From assembly GCA_964462425.1 (NCBI GenBank), contig CAYWYD010000004.1:12173-76172 (forward strand): DNA of 64,000 nt, given 5' to 3'. This document shows, piece by piece, positions 9,574 to 20,744 of this stretch. The position numbers were made by a program, and so were the translations under genes. The notes beneath the pieces were generated by a model that was given only the letters and a program-made list of their open reading frames with translations, searched no databases and was not told where the DNA came from. The stretch comes from an uncultured Thermoplasmata archaeon. Its GTDB lineage: Archaea; Thermoplasmatota; Thermoplasmata; Halarchaeoplasmatales; Halarchaeoplasmataceae. Within the stretch, counting starts at the first letter, position 1, and every line of letters begins with the position of its first letter.

Positions 9574-10751
9574 ACTATCTTCCTTTTCACTGCATCCAAT
9601 ATCTTTTCGGCTATTTCCCTTTTGGTACCTTCCACCCACTCGTTTCTGCTCGAGATATAGACGCTGTTCCAATCCGATCTTACGTCTTTCAAAGAATTAC
9701 CCATGACTATATCGGCTCTTCCTTCTTCCACCATCTTATCCGCTTTTTCTTTTGCTCTTTCTCTAGTGTCTTCTGCCTTGTAAGCGACCAGAAGATTTAC
9801 ATCATCTCGGATCTCGTCTATGAATTTGGGGGTGGGTTCCAACTCTAAAGATAAAGGTTCAGAAGACGATATCTTTTTCTCTCTTACCTCTTCGACGGAG
9901 AAGTCGGATAGTGCCGCAGGAACGATAACGGTCCCTTCTAGATCATCTGACATCTCGATCAGATCTTCGATGGTCTCGAAACTCCGATCGGGTATCCAAT
10001 GAGGAATTTCATAGTCAACGCTCCCGTACCACAACCTGACATCCGCTCCTCTCCTGTAAGCTCTCTTGGCGAGTTCTATCCCGCTTTTTCCCGAGGCTCT
10101 ATTCGTGATCACCCGCATGCTGTCGATAGGTTCTACTGATGAGCCGGTAACGACGGTGATTTTTTCCCCCTCGAGATCATTTTTCAATCCCCTTATGACT
10201 TCGTCCATGATCTGGTCCTTCTCGGCTACTTTCGCAGCCCCTTCTTCAATTCTAGGGCCTACGACGGTCACGTTCAACTTCCTTTTGATGTATTCGAGGT
10301 TATCCATGACGATAGGATGATCGTACATGGTCTGGTGCATCGCCGGAACCACCATTATAGGGATGTTGGATCCGACGCATGTCGTCGCGAAAGTAGTAAC
10401 TGGAGTATCGTCTATTCCTTTAGCTATCTTTGATATGGTGTTAGCGGTAGCTGGAGCTATAAGGAAAAGGTCGGCTTTATCCGGCACGTTTCCGCAGTGA
10501 CTGACGTGCTCCACCTGACCGGTAAGTTCCGTTATGACCTCGTTACCGGAAGCAAACTCTAACGAGTTGGGATGAACTATCTTTTCGCCCCATTCCGACA
10601 TGACGCAGTGGACTTCGGCGCCTTCACGCACGAGTTCTCTCACCAACTTCACACATTCTACGGCGGCGATGCTGCCGGTCACCCCGAGAATTATCTTCTT
10701 GCCAGAAAGATCAGTGCCTTTCGAACCTTTCAACTCTTCTGAAGGATGCAT
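9570..10751 (-). CDS. coaBC: Phosphopantothenoylcysteine decarboxylase/ligase
   Basis: LGVTGSIAA, APATANTISKIA.GI.D, PAMH..M, EPID.MRVITNRASG. Confidence 0.95.
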   Translation of the reverse strand: MHPSEELKGSKGTDLSGKKIILGVTGSIAAVECVKLVRELVREGAEVHCVMSEWGEKIVHPNSLEFASGNEVITELTGQVEHVSHCGNVPDKADLFLIAPATANTISKIAKGIDDTPVTTFATTCVGSNIPIMVVPAMHQTMYDHPIVMDNLEYIKRKLNVTVVGPRIEEGAAKVAEKDQIMDEVIRGLKNDLEGEKITVVTGSSVEPIDSMRVITNRASGKSGIELAKRAYRRGADVRLWYGSVDYEIPHWIPDRSFETIEDLIEMSDDLEGTVIVPAALSDFSVEEVREKKISSSEPLSLELEPTPKFIDEIRDDVNLLVAYKAEDTRERAKEKADKMVEEGRADIVMGNSLKDVRSDWNSVYISSRNEWVEGTKREIAEKILDAVKRKIV

Positions 10752-10837
10752 ATTGCTATAATAATCAAGCTAGTTATTATATTCTTTTCCCATCTATCCC
10801 TTCGACGATATCAAAATAGACGAAAAAAGAGCTGCAT

Positions 10838-11032
10838 CTATTCGAGCTTTTTGACGCTCGTAGCTCTAGGACCTCTATCGCTCTGTTCAGTATCGAACTC
10901 TACCACGTCCCCTTCGTTCAGGTAGTTGCCTTCGATCTCGCTTCTATGAACGAACAGGTCTTCATCACCCTCTTCAGGCTTGATGAATCCAAAGTTTTTC
11001 ATGGTATTGTAAAACTTAACTTCTCCTTTCAT
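10838..11032 (-). CDS. cspA: Cold-shock domain protein
   Basis: RNP1 KNFGFI, RNP2 LFVH, RGPRA; GGAGGTGA RBS. Confidence 0.93.
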   Translation of the reverse strand: MKGEVKFYNTMKNFGFIKPEEGDEDLFVHRSEIEGNYLNEGDVVEFDTEQSDRGPRATSVKKLE

Positions 11033-11198
11033 ATCTAGTTCACCTCCTTCTTTTTCCTCTAGACTCCTCTAGCATATATACTTATGGGCGTTCTTTTGAA
11101 TGATCGTATAGGAGGATCACATAAGTCTTCAGAACTCTGTAACCCGATACGGGAAATACTGAAAAATATTATATACTCATTTTCACTTAAAAAACCGC

Positions 11199-12116
11199 AT
11201 GACTTCGGTCATAAGCATCAAAGGCCTCATCAAAAGGTACGGTGAGCTGAAAGCCGTAGATTCACTCGATCTAGATATCGAAAAAGGTGAGATCTTCGGT
11301 TTTCTCGGGCCGAACGGCGCGGGTAAGACCACCACTATAAAGGCGATCATGGGTCTGTTGAGCCCCTCTGAAGGCTCGATAAGGGTGATGGGAAAGGATT
11401 TGAAGAAGGAGAAGAGAGTCGCAACTTCACGTGTAGGTTATCTCCCTGAGAATATAGACCTCTACGATAACCTGACCGGAAGAGAAACTCTAGAGTTCTT
11501 CGCGGATCTGAGAGACGTGAACACAAAGGAGGTTCAAGAGCTTCTAGAAAAACTTAACCTCACCCATGCGGCGGATAGAAAAGTCGGTGGCTACTCGAAG
11601 GGCATGGTTCAGAGACTAGCCTTCGGCCAAGCCCTATTAGGAAGACCTCCGCTTCTCATACTGGACGAACCCGCTTCGGGTCTAGACCCGGAAGGCACGG
11701 CCCAGATAAAAAAGATGGTCAAAGATTACGCCGATGATAACAAAACCGTATTCTTTTCCTCACATATACTGCCGAACGTTCAAGAAGTCGCGGATAGAGT
11801 CGGAATAATTGTAGGCGGAAGATTGAGAGCTTTGGATTCAGTCGACGAGTTGCGAAAAGAATTGGAGATGCCGGCAAGATTGAATGTCACCATTTCTCAG
11901 AACATAGAGAACGTGGGAAACGTACTAGAAAAGAGCAGCGCCGTACAAAAATTCCAAGGGAAGGGAAACAGGGTCACCGTGGTCTGTGATAACGAAGATA
12001 AAAAGAAAGTGTTAGATATCATAGAGGACAGCGGCGTTGACATCCTAGATTTCTCCACCGAAGAAAGTGATTTAGAGGAAATATTCATGAGATACATGGG
12101 AGGTGGGAGGGGGTAA
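11199..12116 (+). CDS. ABC-2 type transporter ATP-binding protein
   Basis: GPNGAGKT, YSKGM signature, LILDEP, SSH. Confidence 0.93.
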   Translation: MTSVISIKGLIKRYGELKAVDSLDLDIEKGEIFGFLGPNGAGKTTTIKAIMGLLSPSEGSIRVMGKDLKKEKRVATSRVGYLPENIDLYDNLTGRETLEFFADLRDVNTKEVQELLEKLNLTHAADRKVGGYSKGMVQRLAFGQALLGRPPLLILDEPASGLDPEGTAQIKKMVKDYADDNKTVFFSSHILPNVQEVADRVGIIVGGRLRALDSVDELRKELEMPARLNVTISQNIENVGNVLEKSSAVQKFQGKGNRVTVVCDNEDKKKVLDIIEDSGVDILDFSTEESDLEEIFMRYMGGGRG

Positions 12117-12118
12117 CC

Positions 12119-12946
12119 ATGTCGGCTAGCAGGATAGATTCTATTGTAACCCTCGCCAAGAAGGAATTCATGGATAACATCAGAAACAAGTGGATCATCA
12201 TAGTCACCGGTCTTTTCATCGCATTGATCGTGATGATCTCGGTATATCAGGGGCATATTCAAGATAATGCCGGTTTTGAAGAGATCATATCCTATTCCAA
12301 CGAGCTGGTCGTCCTTTTCATCTCTATTGTAGCTATAATGCTGGGTTACAAAGCGATAACTAAAGAGGTCGAATCGAAATCTATCGGTTTGCTACTCACC
12401 TCGGAGTTAGATAGAAAGGACGTGATCATAGGTAAATTCACCGGTCTCGGCTCGGTACTCGCTTTCTCCATCATCGTGGGTCTAGGTATCGGTGGAGTGA
12501 TAATCGGTCTGACCTCAGGTTTCGAAGGAGGTCTAGATTACGTTTCTTTCGTCATCTTTTCTTTCCTTTTCAGCCTAGCCTTCCTCAGCATATCTTTTCT
12601 GATGTCCAGCTTCGTGACGAAGACCACTAGAGCGCTAGCCGGCGGTATTTTTATATGGATATTTTTCAACGTGATCTGGGATCTAGTCCTTTTCGTTTCA
12701 GCGATCGCGACTGGAACTGAACTTCCGACTCAAGGCGCGGTTCAACTGGAATTTCCCGACTGGTACTATATGGCTGGCGTTGGCAACCCCATAGATGTAC
12801 TTACATACGCAACGAACCGTGTCCTTGGAGGAGCATCTCATCTACCCGAAGTGTTGAGCATAGAATTGTTGACTATCGTTTTTCTACTTTGGATTGTGGT
12901 CCCGTTGAGTCTCGCGATGCTGTTCTTCGATAGTAACGATATCTAG
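12119..12946 (+). CDS. ABC-2 type permease (NosY-like)
   Basis: AKKEF.D.IR, E.E...LLL...R..VI.GKF, about 6 TM segments; coupled to the ATPase gene. Confidence 0.85.
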   Translation: MSASRIDSIVTLAKKEFMDNIRNKWIIIVTGLFIALIVMISVYQGHIQDNAGFEEIISYSNELVVLFISIVAIMLGYKAITKEVESKSIGLLLTSELDRKDVIIGKFTGLGSVLAFSIIVGLGIGGVIIGLTSGFEGGLDYVSFVIFSFLFSLAFLSISFLMSSFVTKTTRALAGGIFIWIFFNVIWDLVLFVSAIATGTELPTQGAVQLEFPDWYYMAGVGNPIDVLTYATNRVLGGASHLPEVLSIELLTIVFLLWIVVPLSLAMLFFDSNDI

Positions 12947-13067
12947 AGTTGAAGTAGATCAGCCTTCGATTATAACTTCACCATCATCGGATAATCTCAC
13001 ACCAATATTCTTATAAACAACATGAAATATCTGAGAGTAACCTATATTATTGAAGAGGTACCGGATC

Positions 13068-14576
13068 ATGACTATCCAGGCTGTCGCTCCAAAGACTGGA
13101 GAAGTAGTAAAGGAATATCGTGAAGCTACTGGAGAGGAGATAAAAAAAGCATATGAGAGTGCAAAAGAAGCATATCCTCGCTGGGCTAGAAGCTCTTTTC
13201 AAGAACGCACCGATAAACTCCAAAGCCTGAGGAAGGTCATCTTAGAGGATCGAGGGAGGATCGTAGATGTGTTGACTAAAGATACGGGAAAAGTAGATAT
13301 GGAGGCGCTGATGACCGATGTCCTCGCCACCTTAGAATTCACCAAGCACTACGAAACTAATACTGAAAAAGTATTGTCCAAAGAGAAGAGGAAAACTCCT
13401 TCCTTTATGAGGAAGAATGAATCCTATGTTGAGTATGAACCTATGGGTGTGGTCTCGATAATATCGCCCTGGAATTTTCCCCTTCAACTTTCCATGGTAC
13501 CTGCGGTAACCGCCTTAATGGCGGGCAACGCGGTCTTGCTAAAACCTTCAGAAGTAACCCCAATGGTGGGCGAGTTGATAAAAAAAATCTTTGATAGATC
13601 AGATATCGATTCAGACCTTATCCATGTTTTTCAGGGTGGAGAAAAGGTAGGGAAAAAATTGGTGAATATCGGACCGGATAAGATTTTTTTCACGGGAAGT
13701 ATACCCGTGGGCAAGAAGATCATGAAAAACGGAGCTGAGCATCTGACTCATGTCAGTCTAGAACTCGGTGGAAAGGATCCCATGATCGTCCTCGACGATG
13801 CGAACCTAGAGAGGGCCGTGAAAGGCGCGGTATTCGGAAGCTTTTCGAATGTAGGCCAGGCCTGCATGTCGATCGAGAGAGTTTATGTCCAGGAAAATAT
13901 CTACGATGAATTTATAGAAGATGCGGTCGAAGGGACTAAGAAACTAGAAGTCGGCCCCAGTAGCGATGCCGATATCGGACCGATGACAAAGGCCGAACAA
14001 GTAGATATCGTTGAAGAGCAGGTCGAAGATGCGAGAGAGAAGGGCGCGAAGGTCTTAGTTGGTGGGAAAAGAGATGGATTTTACTACTATCCCACCGTTC
14101 TCACCGATGTGGATCACGACATGAAGATTATGAAGGAGGAAACCTTCGGCCCCGTAATGCCCGTGATGCCCTTTAAAGATATGGAAGAAGCGATCGATCT
14201 TGCTAATGACACAAAATATGGGCTTAACTCTAGCGTTTGGTCGGACAATGTGAAAAAAGCCCAGCAGGTAGTGAGCAGACTCGATACCGGGAACGCATAC
14301 ATAAACGGCACTTTGAAAAATATCGGAAATCCGTATCTTCCATTCGGAGGTGTCAAAAAGAGTGGGATGGGAAGGTATCACGGACCTGAAGGATTGAAAA
14401 CTTTCTCACAGACGAAATCGGTCATGATCAACAAGAACAAAAAAGATGAATTCAACTGGTTTCCATACAGCAGAGATCTTAACCAAACAGTCGAGAAGGT
14501 TATCGATACATTCTACGGCGATATAGGTTTTTTCAAAAAGGTCAAGAATATGATCTCTATAATGAGAGATATGTAA
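13068..14576 (+). CDS. Aldehyde dehydrogenase family protein
   Basis: PWNFP, KPSE, FTGS, ELGGKD, GQAC, EETFGP, PFGG.K.SG. Confidence 0.93.
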   Translation: MTIQAVAPKTGEVVKEYREATGEEIKKAYESAKEAYPRWARSSFQERTDKLQSLRKVILEDRGRIVDVLTKDTGKVDMEALMTDVLATLEFTKHYETNTEKVLSKEKRKTPSFMRKNESYVEYEPMGVVSIISPWNFPLQLSMVPAVTALMAGNAVLLKPSEVTPMVGELIKKIFDRSDIDSDLIHVFQGGEKVGKKLVNIGPDKIFFTGSIPVGKKIMKNGAEHLTHVSLELGGKDPMIVLDDANLERAVKGAVFGSFSNVGQACMSIERVYVQENIYDEFIEDAVEGTKKLEVGPSSDADIGPMTKAEQVDIVEEQVEDAREKGAKVLVGGKRDGFYYYPTVLTDVDHDMKIMKEETFGPVMPVMPFKDMEEAIDLANDTKYGLNSSVWSDNVKKAQQVVSRLDTGNAYINGTLKNIGNPYLPFGGVKKSGMGRYHGPEGLKTFSQTKSVMINKNKKDEFNWFPYSRDLNQTVEKVIDTFYGDIGFFKKVKNMISIMRDM

Positions 14577-14695
14577 CAAGCGCTGTGAAGTTTGAAGTAG
14601 AGATCAACTCTTTAGCGAATTTGGGATACCTTACAACCTTGAACTCTTCATTTCCTTGATTATAAATATTAGGTTTTTCATACCTTAGGAGTACG

Positions 14696-15955
14696 ATGGG
14701 GGCAAAACTACCTGACCAGAACCGGTCACTGTTCATAGTCGTATTCTCCTTTGGGTTGATAGGGCTTTTTCTATCAGTTGTTAGGTTGGACTTGCTTTGG
14801 TCCTTAATAAGTTCAAGCTATACAGGTCTTATCTACGGGATCTCAAGGATCAAACAAGAAGACCGTATACAGAGAGACATCTTCAAATGGACCCCTATCC
14901 CCTTATTTTTCGGCGTGACCGGTTTATCACCCTTTTTTGGTAGGATCTGGATTTTCGGAGACTTAGCTTTTGCAGCCATGGCTCCGATCCTCGGATTCAT
15001 GATCATATTGAATCTCACCTATCACACCGATTTCGAAACAAATCTATATTTCTCAGTTTCATTCATATTTCTATTCACCTTAGCGGCAGGGGCTATTCTA
15101 GTGACAGGTCAGTTTACCAGTGACCGATTCTTAAATACTGATATACTGGTCAGAAACGATCAGTTGATGATAGAATTACTAGTCATCACGATCTCCGGGA
15201 TCATAGGCGCCTACGCGTTCCGTTGGTATAGGAAAATTTACTATCTGAAGTGGGAAAGTTTCAGTATCCTGAACAGGATAAGGACTAGATTCGAGAATCG
15301 ATCAGAAAATCCACGAAGAGACCTAGTGAAGACTATTTATGCAATATTTGGTAAAAGAGATGATGATTTTCTTCTATTGACGTCGAAGATTTTACAGATC
15401 GGTATTATAGGACTCGTTGTCTCTAGTGCTTTTCTTCTGAATAAGTGGGCATTTACGGTCGGTATACTTTCTTTTGCTCTATCTATGATCCCCTACATAT
15501 TCTCTACAAAATTGAAGCGAAAGATTCCCGTGTCCTTTCAATTTTGGATTTCTTCTTCTTTATTCTTCTATCTAGCTGGTGAAACAGTTCGTTTCCAGAT
15601 CAAATTTAGGTGGTGGAACAATATCACCCATTTTTTGGCCGGCATAGTAGTCGGATTACTGATACTGATCTATCTGATATATATTGATCATATATCCCAG
15701 ACCCTTCATATCCCGCCATGGATGATCTTATTTTTGGTGATAACGTTCATCTTATCTGTAAGTGTGTTGTGGGAATTGTTCGAATTTTCTATCGATGTTT
15801 TGATCGGCATCGGGCTTCAAGGTGATTTTAAGGATACGATACTGGATATGATATTCAACACCATAGGTACTTTCTTCGCACTTCTACTCACCACGTTATT
15901 CACTTCTTACAGGGTTTTCAAACCCCTCGCTCGAAAGATCGATAGAGTCCTTTAG
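14696..15955 (+). CDS. Polytopic membrane protein with DUF2238-like C-terminal domain
   Basis: Many TM segments; WWN.ITH, LWELFEF, DTILDM..N..G. Confidence 0.65.
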   Translation: MGAKLPDQNRSLFIVVFSFGLIGLFLSVVRLDLLWSLISSSYTGLIYGISRIKQEDRIQRDIFKWTPIPLFFGVTGLSPFFGRIWIFGDLAFAAMAPILGFMIILNLTYHTDFETNLYFSVSFIFLFTLAAGAILVTGQFTSDRFLNTDILVRNDQLMIELLVITISGIIGAYAFRWYRKIYYLKWESFSILNRIRTRFENRSENPRRDLVKTIYAIFGKRDDDFLLLTSKILQIGIIGLVVSSAFLLNKWAFTVGILSFALSMIPYIFSTKLKRKIPVSFQFWISSSLFFYLAGETVRFQIKFRWWNNITHFLAGIVVGLLILIYLIYIDHISQTLHIPPWMILFLVITFILSVSVLWELFEFSIDVLIGIGLQGDFKDTILDMIFNTIGTFFALLLTTLFTSYRVFKPLARKIDRVL

Positions 15956-15967
15956 AAGCAAGTTGAC

Positions 15968-17062
15968 CTATCCAATTTGATCGTTTATACTTTGAACCAC
16001 TTTCGAGAGCTGCTGAAAACCCTCTACAATCGAGGTAAAATCTTTACCGAATGTCAATCGGATGTGTGAATCGAACTCGCTGCCTTGAGAAAAGTAGCTT
16101 CCGGGTGCTACGAGGACACCCGCCTTTTTAGCTCTTTTTGCGAACTCTTCACCATCGATCTCCATCTTCAATCTGGGGAATGAAATTATACCGGAAGAAG
16201 GTTCTACCCATTCTATGGAAGAATTTCCGCTCACCCAGCCCCGGGCTAGGGACCTGCCTTTTTCAGCTGTTTCTCTTGCCCGCTCCAAAAGGCGACCCCT
16301 TTCTTCAAAGGCCATCAAACCTATCTCTAATGTAGGCGTGGGACCTTTTGGAGAGAGGTACGATTTAACGCTTTTTAGCTTCTCGATCAGTTCTTCATCC
16401 TTCGAAACCGCCCAGCCGAGCCTCAAACCACCGAGCCCGTAGATCTTAGATAGACTCGAAGTCACTATGACATTGTCCGAGATGGAAACACCACTTGAAC
16501 CATTCTCTACAAAATCCCTGTATATCTCATCAATCACAAGGTAGATGTCATTTTCTTCGATGAATTCGCTGAATTCTCTCAGATCCTTTGGATGCTGAAA
16601 AACCCCGCTGGGATTGTGTGGATTCGTCAAGACGATCATCTTCGTATCGCTGGAACATCTTTCCTTGATCCCATCTAGATCTATCTTAAAATCGTCTTTA
16701 TAGCTCCGTTTGAACGTTTTAACATCTACCCCTTTCAACTCCGGACCGATCTGAAGAGGAGTGTAACTAGGATCCTCGACCAGGACTTCATCTTCACTGT
16801 CAAGGAGCGCATCGACGATCAGTGAATTAGCGGCCTGGGCCCCCGCTGTAATAACCGTGCCGACATCCTCCTCATAGGTGTTCGCGATCTTGTCCTCCAA
16901 TCGCTCTTCGAGTTCATCTTCGGGATATCCTAAAGCCAAATGTTCTTCGAGGGCCCCCAACTCAGAAAGAGTGATCGCCTCCACACTGCTGGAAGCGAGG
17001 TTGTACTTCACGCCCTCGACGTCACTTAACCATTCTACAAGTGGAAACGAAAGGTCATCCAT
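15968..17062 (-). CDS. Class I/II PLP-dependent aminotransferase
   Basis: NPHNPSG, DEIY, SLSKIYGLGGLRLGW, HIRL. Confidence 0.9.
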   Translation of the reverse strand: MDDLSFPLVEWLSDVEGVKYNLASSSVEAITLSELGALEEHLALGYPEDELEERLEDKIANTYEEDVGTVITAGAQAANSLIVDALLDSEDEVLVEDPSYTPLQIGPELKGVDVKTFKRSYKDDFKIDLDGIKERCSSDTKMIVLTNPHNPSGVFQHPKDLREFSEFIEENDIYLVIDEIYRDFVENGSSGVSISDNVIVTSSLSKIYGLGGLRLGWAVSKDEELIEKLKSVKSYLSPKGPTPTLEIGLMAFEERGRLLERARETAEKGRSLARGWVSGNSSIEWVEPSSGIISFPRLKMEIDGEEFAKRAKKAGVLVAPGSYFSQGSEFDSHIRLTFGKDFTSIVEGFQQLSKVVQSINDQIG

Positions 17063-17140
17063 CTGAAACTCCTCACTACCTTATACACTCTCTATATAAT
17101 ATTCTTTTTCTCTACTTCGCAAAAAAACGGTAGATCGATC

Positions 17141-17608
17141 CTAATCATCATCCAATTCTCGAGTCATCACCTTTTTTTTCTCGTGGAACTCCTGCTTCTC
17201 GTAGAATTCCAAAGCTCTTTCATTTTCGGACAGCGTTTCCAATTTCATTATGTCTACACCGTCCTCCTTCGCATCCAATCTTTCCTTCTCCATGAGTTCT
17301 TCGCCGATCCCCTGTCCAAAGTGATCTGGGTGTATAACTACAGTAAGGATCTCCCTGACTTTATCGGAACTCACCACATCTTGGAATGTGGTGGAGTGCA
17401 AAAATCCGAGGATTCTCTCCTCTCCTTCCTCTTCATCGAAAGCACCTATCATCCTATCGTTCACGATCCGGTGCTGTAGGAATTTTTTTAGAGATCTTTC
17501 ATCATAAGAGATGCCGGCATCGTCCCATACGGGTCCCATAGATGTTTTTTTGAGTTCGACTATCTTCGGGATGTCCTCTCCCTTGATCCTGCGAAGATTC
17601 AGCTGCAC
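17141..17608 (-). CDS. GNAT family N-acetyltransferase
   Basis: VIHPDHFGQGIGEEL, NERALEFYEK. Confidence 0.85.
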   Translation of the reverse strand: MQLNLRRIKGEDIPKIVELKKTSMGPVWDDAGISYDERSLKKFLQHRIVNDRMIGAFDEEEGEERILGFLHSTTFQDVVSSDKVREILTVVIHPDHFGQGIGEELMEKERLDAKEDGVDIMKLETLSENERALEFYEKQEFHEKKKVMTRELDDD

Positions 17609-17690
17609 AATTCTATTTAGACGGCAAGAAGTATTAGATTTTAACGGTTGAAATCAATCCATTTATTAAACCCCTTTGATATCACCATCT

Positions 17691-18347
17691 ATGGAAATGG
17701 ATGTGATCCCATCTCTTTCAATGATGGAGTCCAAACCCGTGATCGTGAAAGATGGAGAGTACCAGCCATACCTAAAAAAGGGGTATAAGCTCGGTCTTCA
17801 AGAAATTTTGAACGAACTAGAAGAATATAATAGACTTTATTTGTTAGACCTCGACGGTATAGAATTTAACAGGCCACAGACCGAAGCTCTCCGTAAGATG
17901 AGTACAAGGAAGAAGATTTGGGCCGATGTCGGCGCGAGGGATTCAGCCGGGATAACGGACGCTTTCATCGCTGGAGCGGATAGAGCAGTCCTCTCTACCA
18001 AAACGATCTCTTCCAAAAAGGCTATATTGAACTCGATAGAATTGAGTGATAAACTAATCCTTTCTATAGATTATAAGGGTAAGATCATTTCTCCCTCAGA
18101 AGAGATAAGGAAAATGGGTGTCAAAGAGATAAGTCAATTCTGCCTGGACGAAGGTATCGATACCATAGTTCTCACGGACCTCTCCGACGATAAGTTCGAG
18201 AGACAATATCTCCAACTCTTACCTACTGGAGATTACGACCTTTTCGTCGGCGGGATCTCTCGTAAAAGACTCGATGATATCAGCCATCCTAATCTGAAAG
18301 GTTTGATCCTTGACCTACAGGAGGCGATAAGATACAAGACGAGTTGA
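17691..18347 (+). CDS. HisA/HisF-related TIM barrel protein (degenerate)
   Basis: LDLDG, D.G.R, GADRAVLST, SIDY, TDL, VGG pattern of HisA. Confidence 0.7.
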   Translation: MEMDVIPSLSMMESKPVIVKDGEYQPYLKKGYKLGLQEILNELEEYNRLYLLDLDGIEFNRPQTEALRKMSTRKKIWADVGARDSAGITDAFIAGADRAVLSTKTISSKKAILNSIELSDKLILSIDYKGKIISPSEEIRKMGVKEISQFCLDEGIDTIVLTDLSDDKFERQYLQLLPTGDYDLFVGGISRKRLDDISHPNLKGLILDLQEAIRYKTS

Positions 18348-18805
18348 AGACAGCGCTGGCTGTTCTCTTCCAACAAGGCGGTAAAGAGATCGATAAAGAG
18401 GATTTCATCTATATCCAATCCGCCGACCTAGACTGGTACTCTTCCGATGAGGCAAGGAAGTTACTAGATAAAGCTGTAGCCTCGGGTTTGGTGACTATCG
18501 AATCTGATTCCGTGAAAGCTGAGTTCGATTTCGGGGATATAGATATACCTATCGGTTTCGAGCCTACTAAAGATATTTTGAAGGAAAAGGGAGAGATCGA
18601 TCTTTTTCCCCAGATTCTAAATGAAGTGGTCGATCACAGTGGGTTCTCTAGGCAGGAGATCATGTCACTAGTCAATAAAAAACAGGACGAACTCGACCTT
18701 GAGATCAAAACGGCATTACTGCTGGTAGCTCATGAGAAGGATATAGATATCTCGGATAGAGATGACTACATAGAAAAGGTCGCCGAGAATATAAAGGGTT
18801 CCTGA
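18344..18805 (+). CDS. DUF2240 family protein
   Basis: A..F...G, S.DLDWYS..EA..LL..A...GL, FD...IDIP.GF.P. Confidence 0.75.
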   Translation: MKTALAVLFQQGGKEIDKEDFIYIQSADLDWYSSDEARKLLDKAVASGLVTIESDSVKAEFDFGDIDIPIGFEPTKDILKEKGEIDLFPQILNEVVDHSGFSRQEIMSLVNKKQDELDLEIKTALLLVAHEKDIDISDRDDYIEKVAENIKGS

Positions 18806-18850
18806 GTGAGTTCACTTCGTTCTCGAGAGGTCCTGTAGTCCGTTTTTAGC

Positions 18851-20692
18851 TCATTCGATAAATCTCATCCTGAGCCTGTACTCGTTGTATTGCCGTTTCT
18901 TTTCTATATCGTATCCCATCTTTTCGAAAACACCCAGCATCTTTTTATTGTCGGCTAGCACTTCAGCAGTGAATCCGTACAGACCCTGACCCTTCGCTAT
19001 AACAGTAAGGTGTTCGAGAAGTGCAGTGCCTATACCCCGCCCCTGATATTCATCCCTCACCATCACCGAGACCTCCGCTACGTTCTGGCCTTCTTTGATC
19101 CTGTAATCCGCCTCAGCTACCATCCTGTCCGGACCTTCGATCTCAGGATCTATCACGACGATAGCCATCTCTTTATTATAATTTATCTGCACGAACTCTT
19201 GTCTTCTTTCATGCGGCATGTCTTTACGGGTGCTCATGAACCGCTTGTACCTGCTCTCGTCCGAGAGCGAGTAAAAGAGATCTTTCAATAATTCATCGTC
19301 CGTGGGCTTCATCGGTCTGAAAAGATATTCTTTACCCTCTATCTCTTTATAGTCCTCGTATTCATCGGGATACCTTCCTCCTTCTCCAGCAACCAACATC
19401 TGGTCTTCATAGACGAGATCGTGTTCTTTAGCTTCTTTCAGCAGCTTCTCCCTGAATTTCGGGTGGGCTATATTGATAAGCTCCATAGCGCGCTGCCTAA
19501 TGTTCTTTCCCTTGAGATAAGCCAAACCGTATTCCGTGACGATATACTCGACGTCTCCCCTAGTGGTCACCACACCGGCTCCTTCATCCAAGGAGGGTAC
19601 TATCCTAGAGACCTCGCCGTCCTGAGCCGTGGAAGACAATGCGATTATCGATTTCCCGTCTTCGGCGTAACCTGCGCCCCGCATGAAATCCGCGTGACCA
19701 CCGATCCCGCTGTAGAAACTGTAGCCGAGAGAATCTGCGCAGACCTGTCCAGTGAGATCTACCTGTAAAGCCGTGTTTATAGCGGTCATCTTGTAGTTCT
19801 TAGCGATAGTGAACGGATCATTCGTATAATCAGTAGGGTGAAGTTCGATCTCGGGGTTATCATCTACGAACTCATAAAGATCTTTGGTTCCCATCAAGAA
19901 AGATGCGATGTTCTTACCGGGGTTGATGCTCTTCTGTTTGTTCGTTATAGTCCCGTTCTGGATCAATTCCGCGAGATCCTCGGAAAGCATCTCCGTATGT
20001 ATGCCCAGATTTTCCTTTTCATCGAGATGAGATAGTAAAGCGTTGGGGATCTCCCCATAACCCACCTGAAGGGTGGCCCCGTCTTCTATCAAGGGACTAA
20101 CGTTTTCGGCTATCTTTTTTGCCTTCTCCGTAGGGACTATCGGATCGAATTCCAAAAGTTCCTCCTCGTGATGAACGATGTGATCCACATCGTCCACGTG
20201 GATAAAGGCGTCTCCGTGCACTCTCGGCATATTCGGGTTGACCTGAGCGATGACCATCTTAGAGTTCTGTACCGCAGCACGTATTATATCGACCGCGATC
20301 CCGAAACTCATCCACCCGTGTTTGTCCGGCGGCGAGACCTGTACAAGTGAGGCGTCGAGAGGTATCCTACCATTTTTGAAAAGTTTTGGAATATCTCTCA
20401 TAAATATAGGGGTGTAATCGGCCCTTCCTTTAGCGACCGCATCCCTGGTATTGTCGTCTACGAAAAAAGCGTTATGTCTGAAACGATCTTTGAATTTATC
20501 TTCCGTATAAGGCGCAACACCTAAAGTCTGGATGTGAAAAATCTCAGTATCATAAAATTGATCGGCAAGGCCCATAAGTTCTTTCACGAGATACTGGGGT
20601 TCGGACGCACCCGAACCTACAAAGATCCTATCTCCTCTCCCTATATTCTTCAATGCCTTTTCGGCCTCTACATAATCAACGTCATATGGCAT
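18851..20692 (-). CDS. Acetyl-CoA hydrolase/4-hydroxybutyrate CoA-transferase fused to C-terminal GNAT
   Basis: GRADYTP, SPPDKHG, GIHTEM (catalytic Glu), SGIGG..DF.RG, VTEYG; Pat-type GNAT with QGRGIG. Confidence 0.88.
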   Translation of the reverse strand: MPYDVDYVEAEKALKNIGRGDRIFVGSGASEPQYLVKELMGLADQFYDTEIFHIQTLGVAPYTEDKFKDRFRHNAFFVDDNTRDAVAKGRADYTPIFMRDIPKLFKNGRIPLDASLVQVSPPDKHGWMSFGIAVDIIRAAVQNSKMVIAQVNPNMPRVHGDAFIHVDDVDHIVHHEEELLEFDPIVPTEKAKKIAENVSPLIEDGATLQVGYGEIPNALLSHLDEKENLGIHTEMLSEDLAELIQNGTITNKQKSINPGKNIASFLMGTKDLYEFVDDNPEIELHPTDYTNDPFTIAKNYKMTAINTALQVDLTGQVCADSLGYSFYSGIGGHADFMRGAGYAEDGKSIIALSSTAQDGEVSRIVPSLDEGAGVVTTRGDVEYIVTEYGLAYLKGKNIRQRAMELINIAHPKFREKLLKEAKEHDLVYEDQMLVAGEGGRYPDEYEDYKEIEGKEYLFRPMKPTDDELLKDLFYSLSDESRYKRFMSTRKDMPHERRQEFVQINYNKEMAIVVIDPEIEGPDRMVAEADYRIKEGQNVAEVSVMVRDEYQGRGIGTALLEHLTVIAKGQGLYGFTAEVLADNKKMLGVFEKMGYDIEKKRQYNEYRLRMRFIE

Positions 20693-20744
20693 GATGATCC
20701 TCCCCGTAAATTCTATCGGATACCTTTAAAGGTTCCGTTGTATC

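Noticed and set aside
9574..9672. Extended start of pantoate kinase
   Set aside because: Lies inside coaBC; ATG 9573 gives a normal 4-bp overlap
12946..14650. TTGAAGTAGA shared by the intergenic regions flanking the aldehyde dehydrogenase
   Set aside because: Only about 10 bp of identity; insufficient to call a target duplication or mobile element
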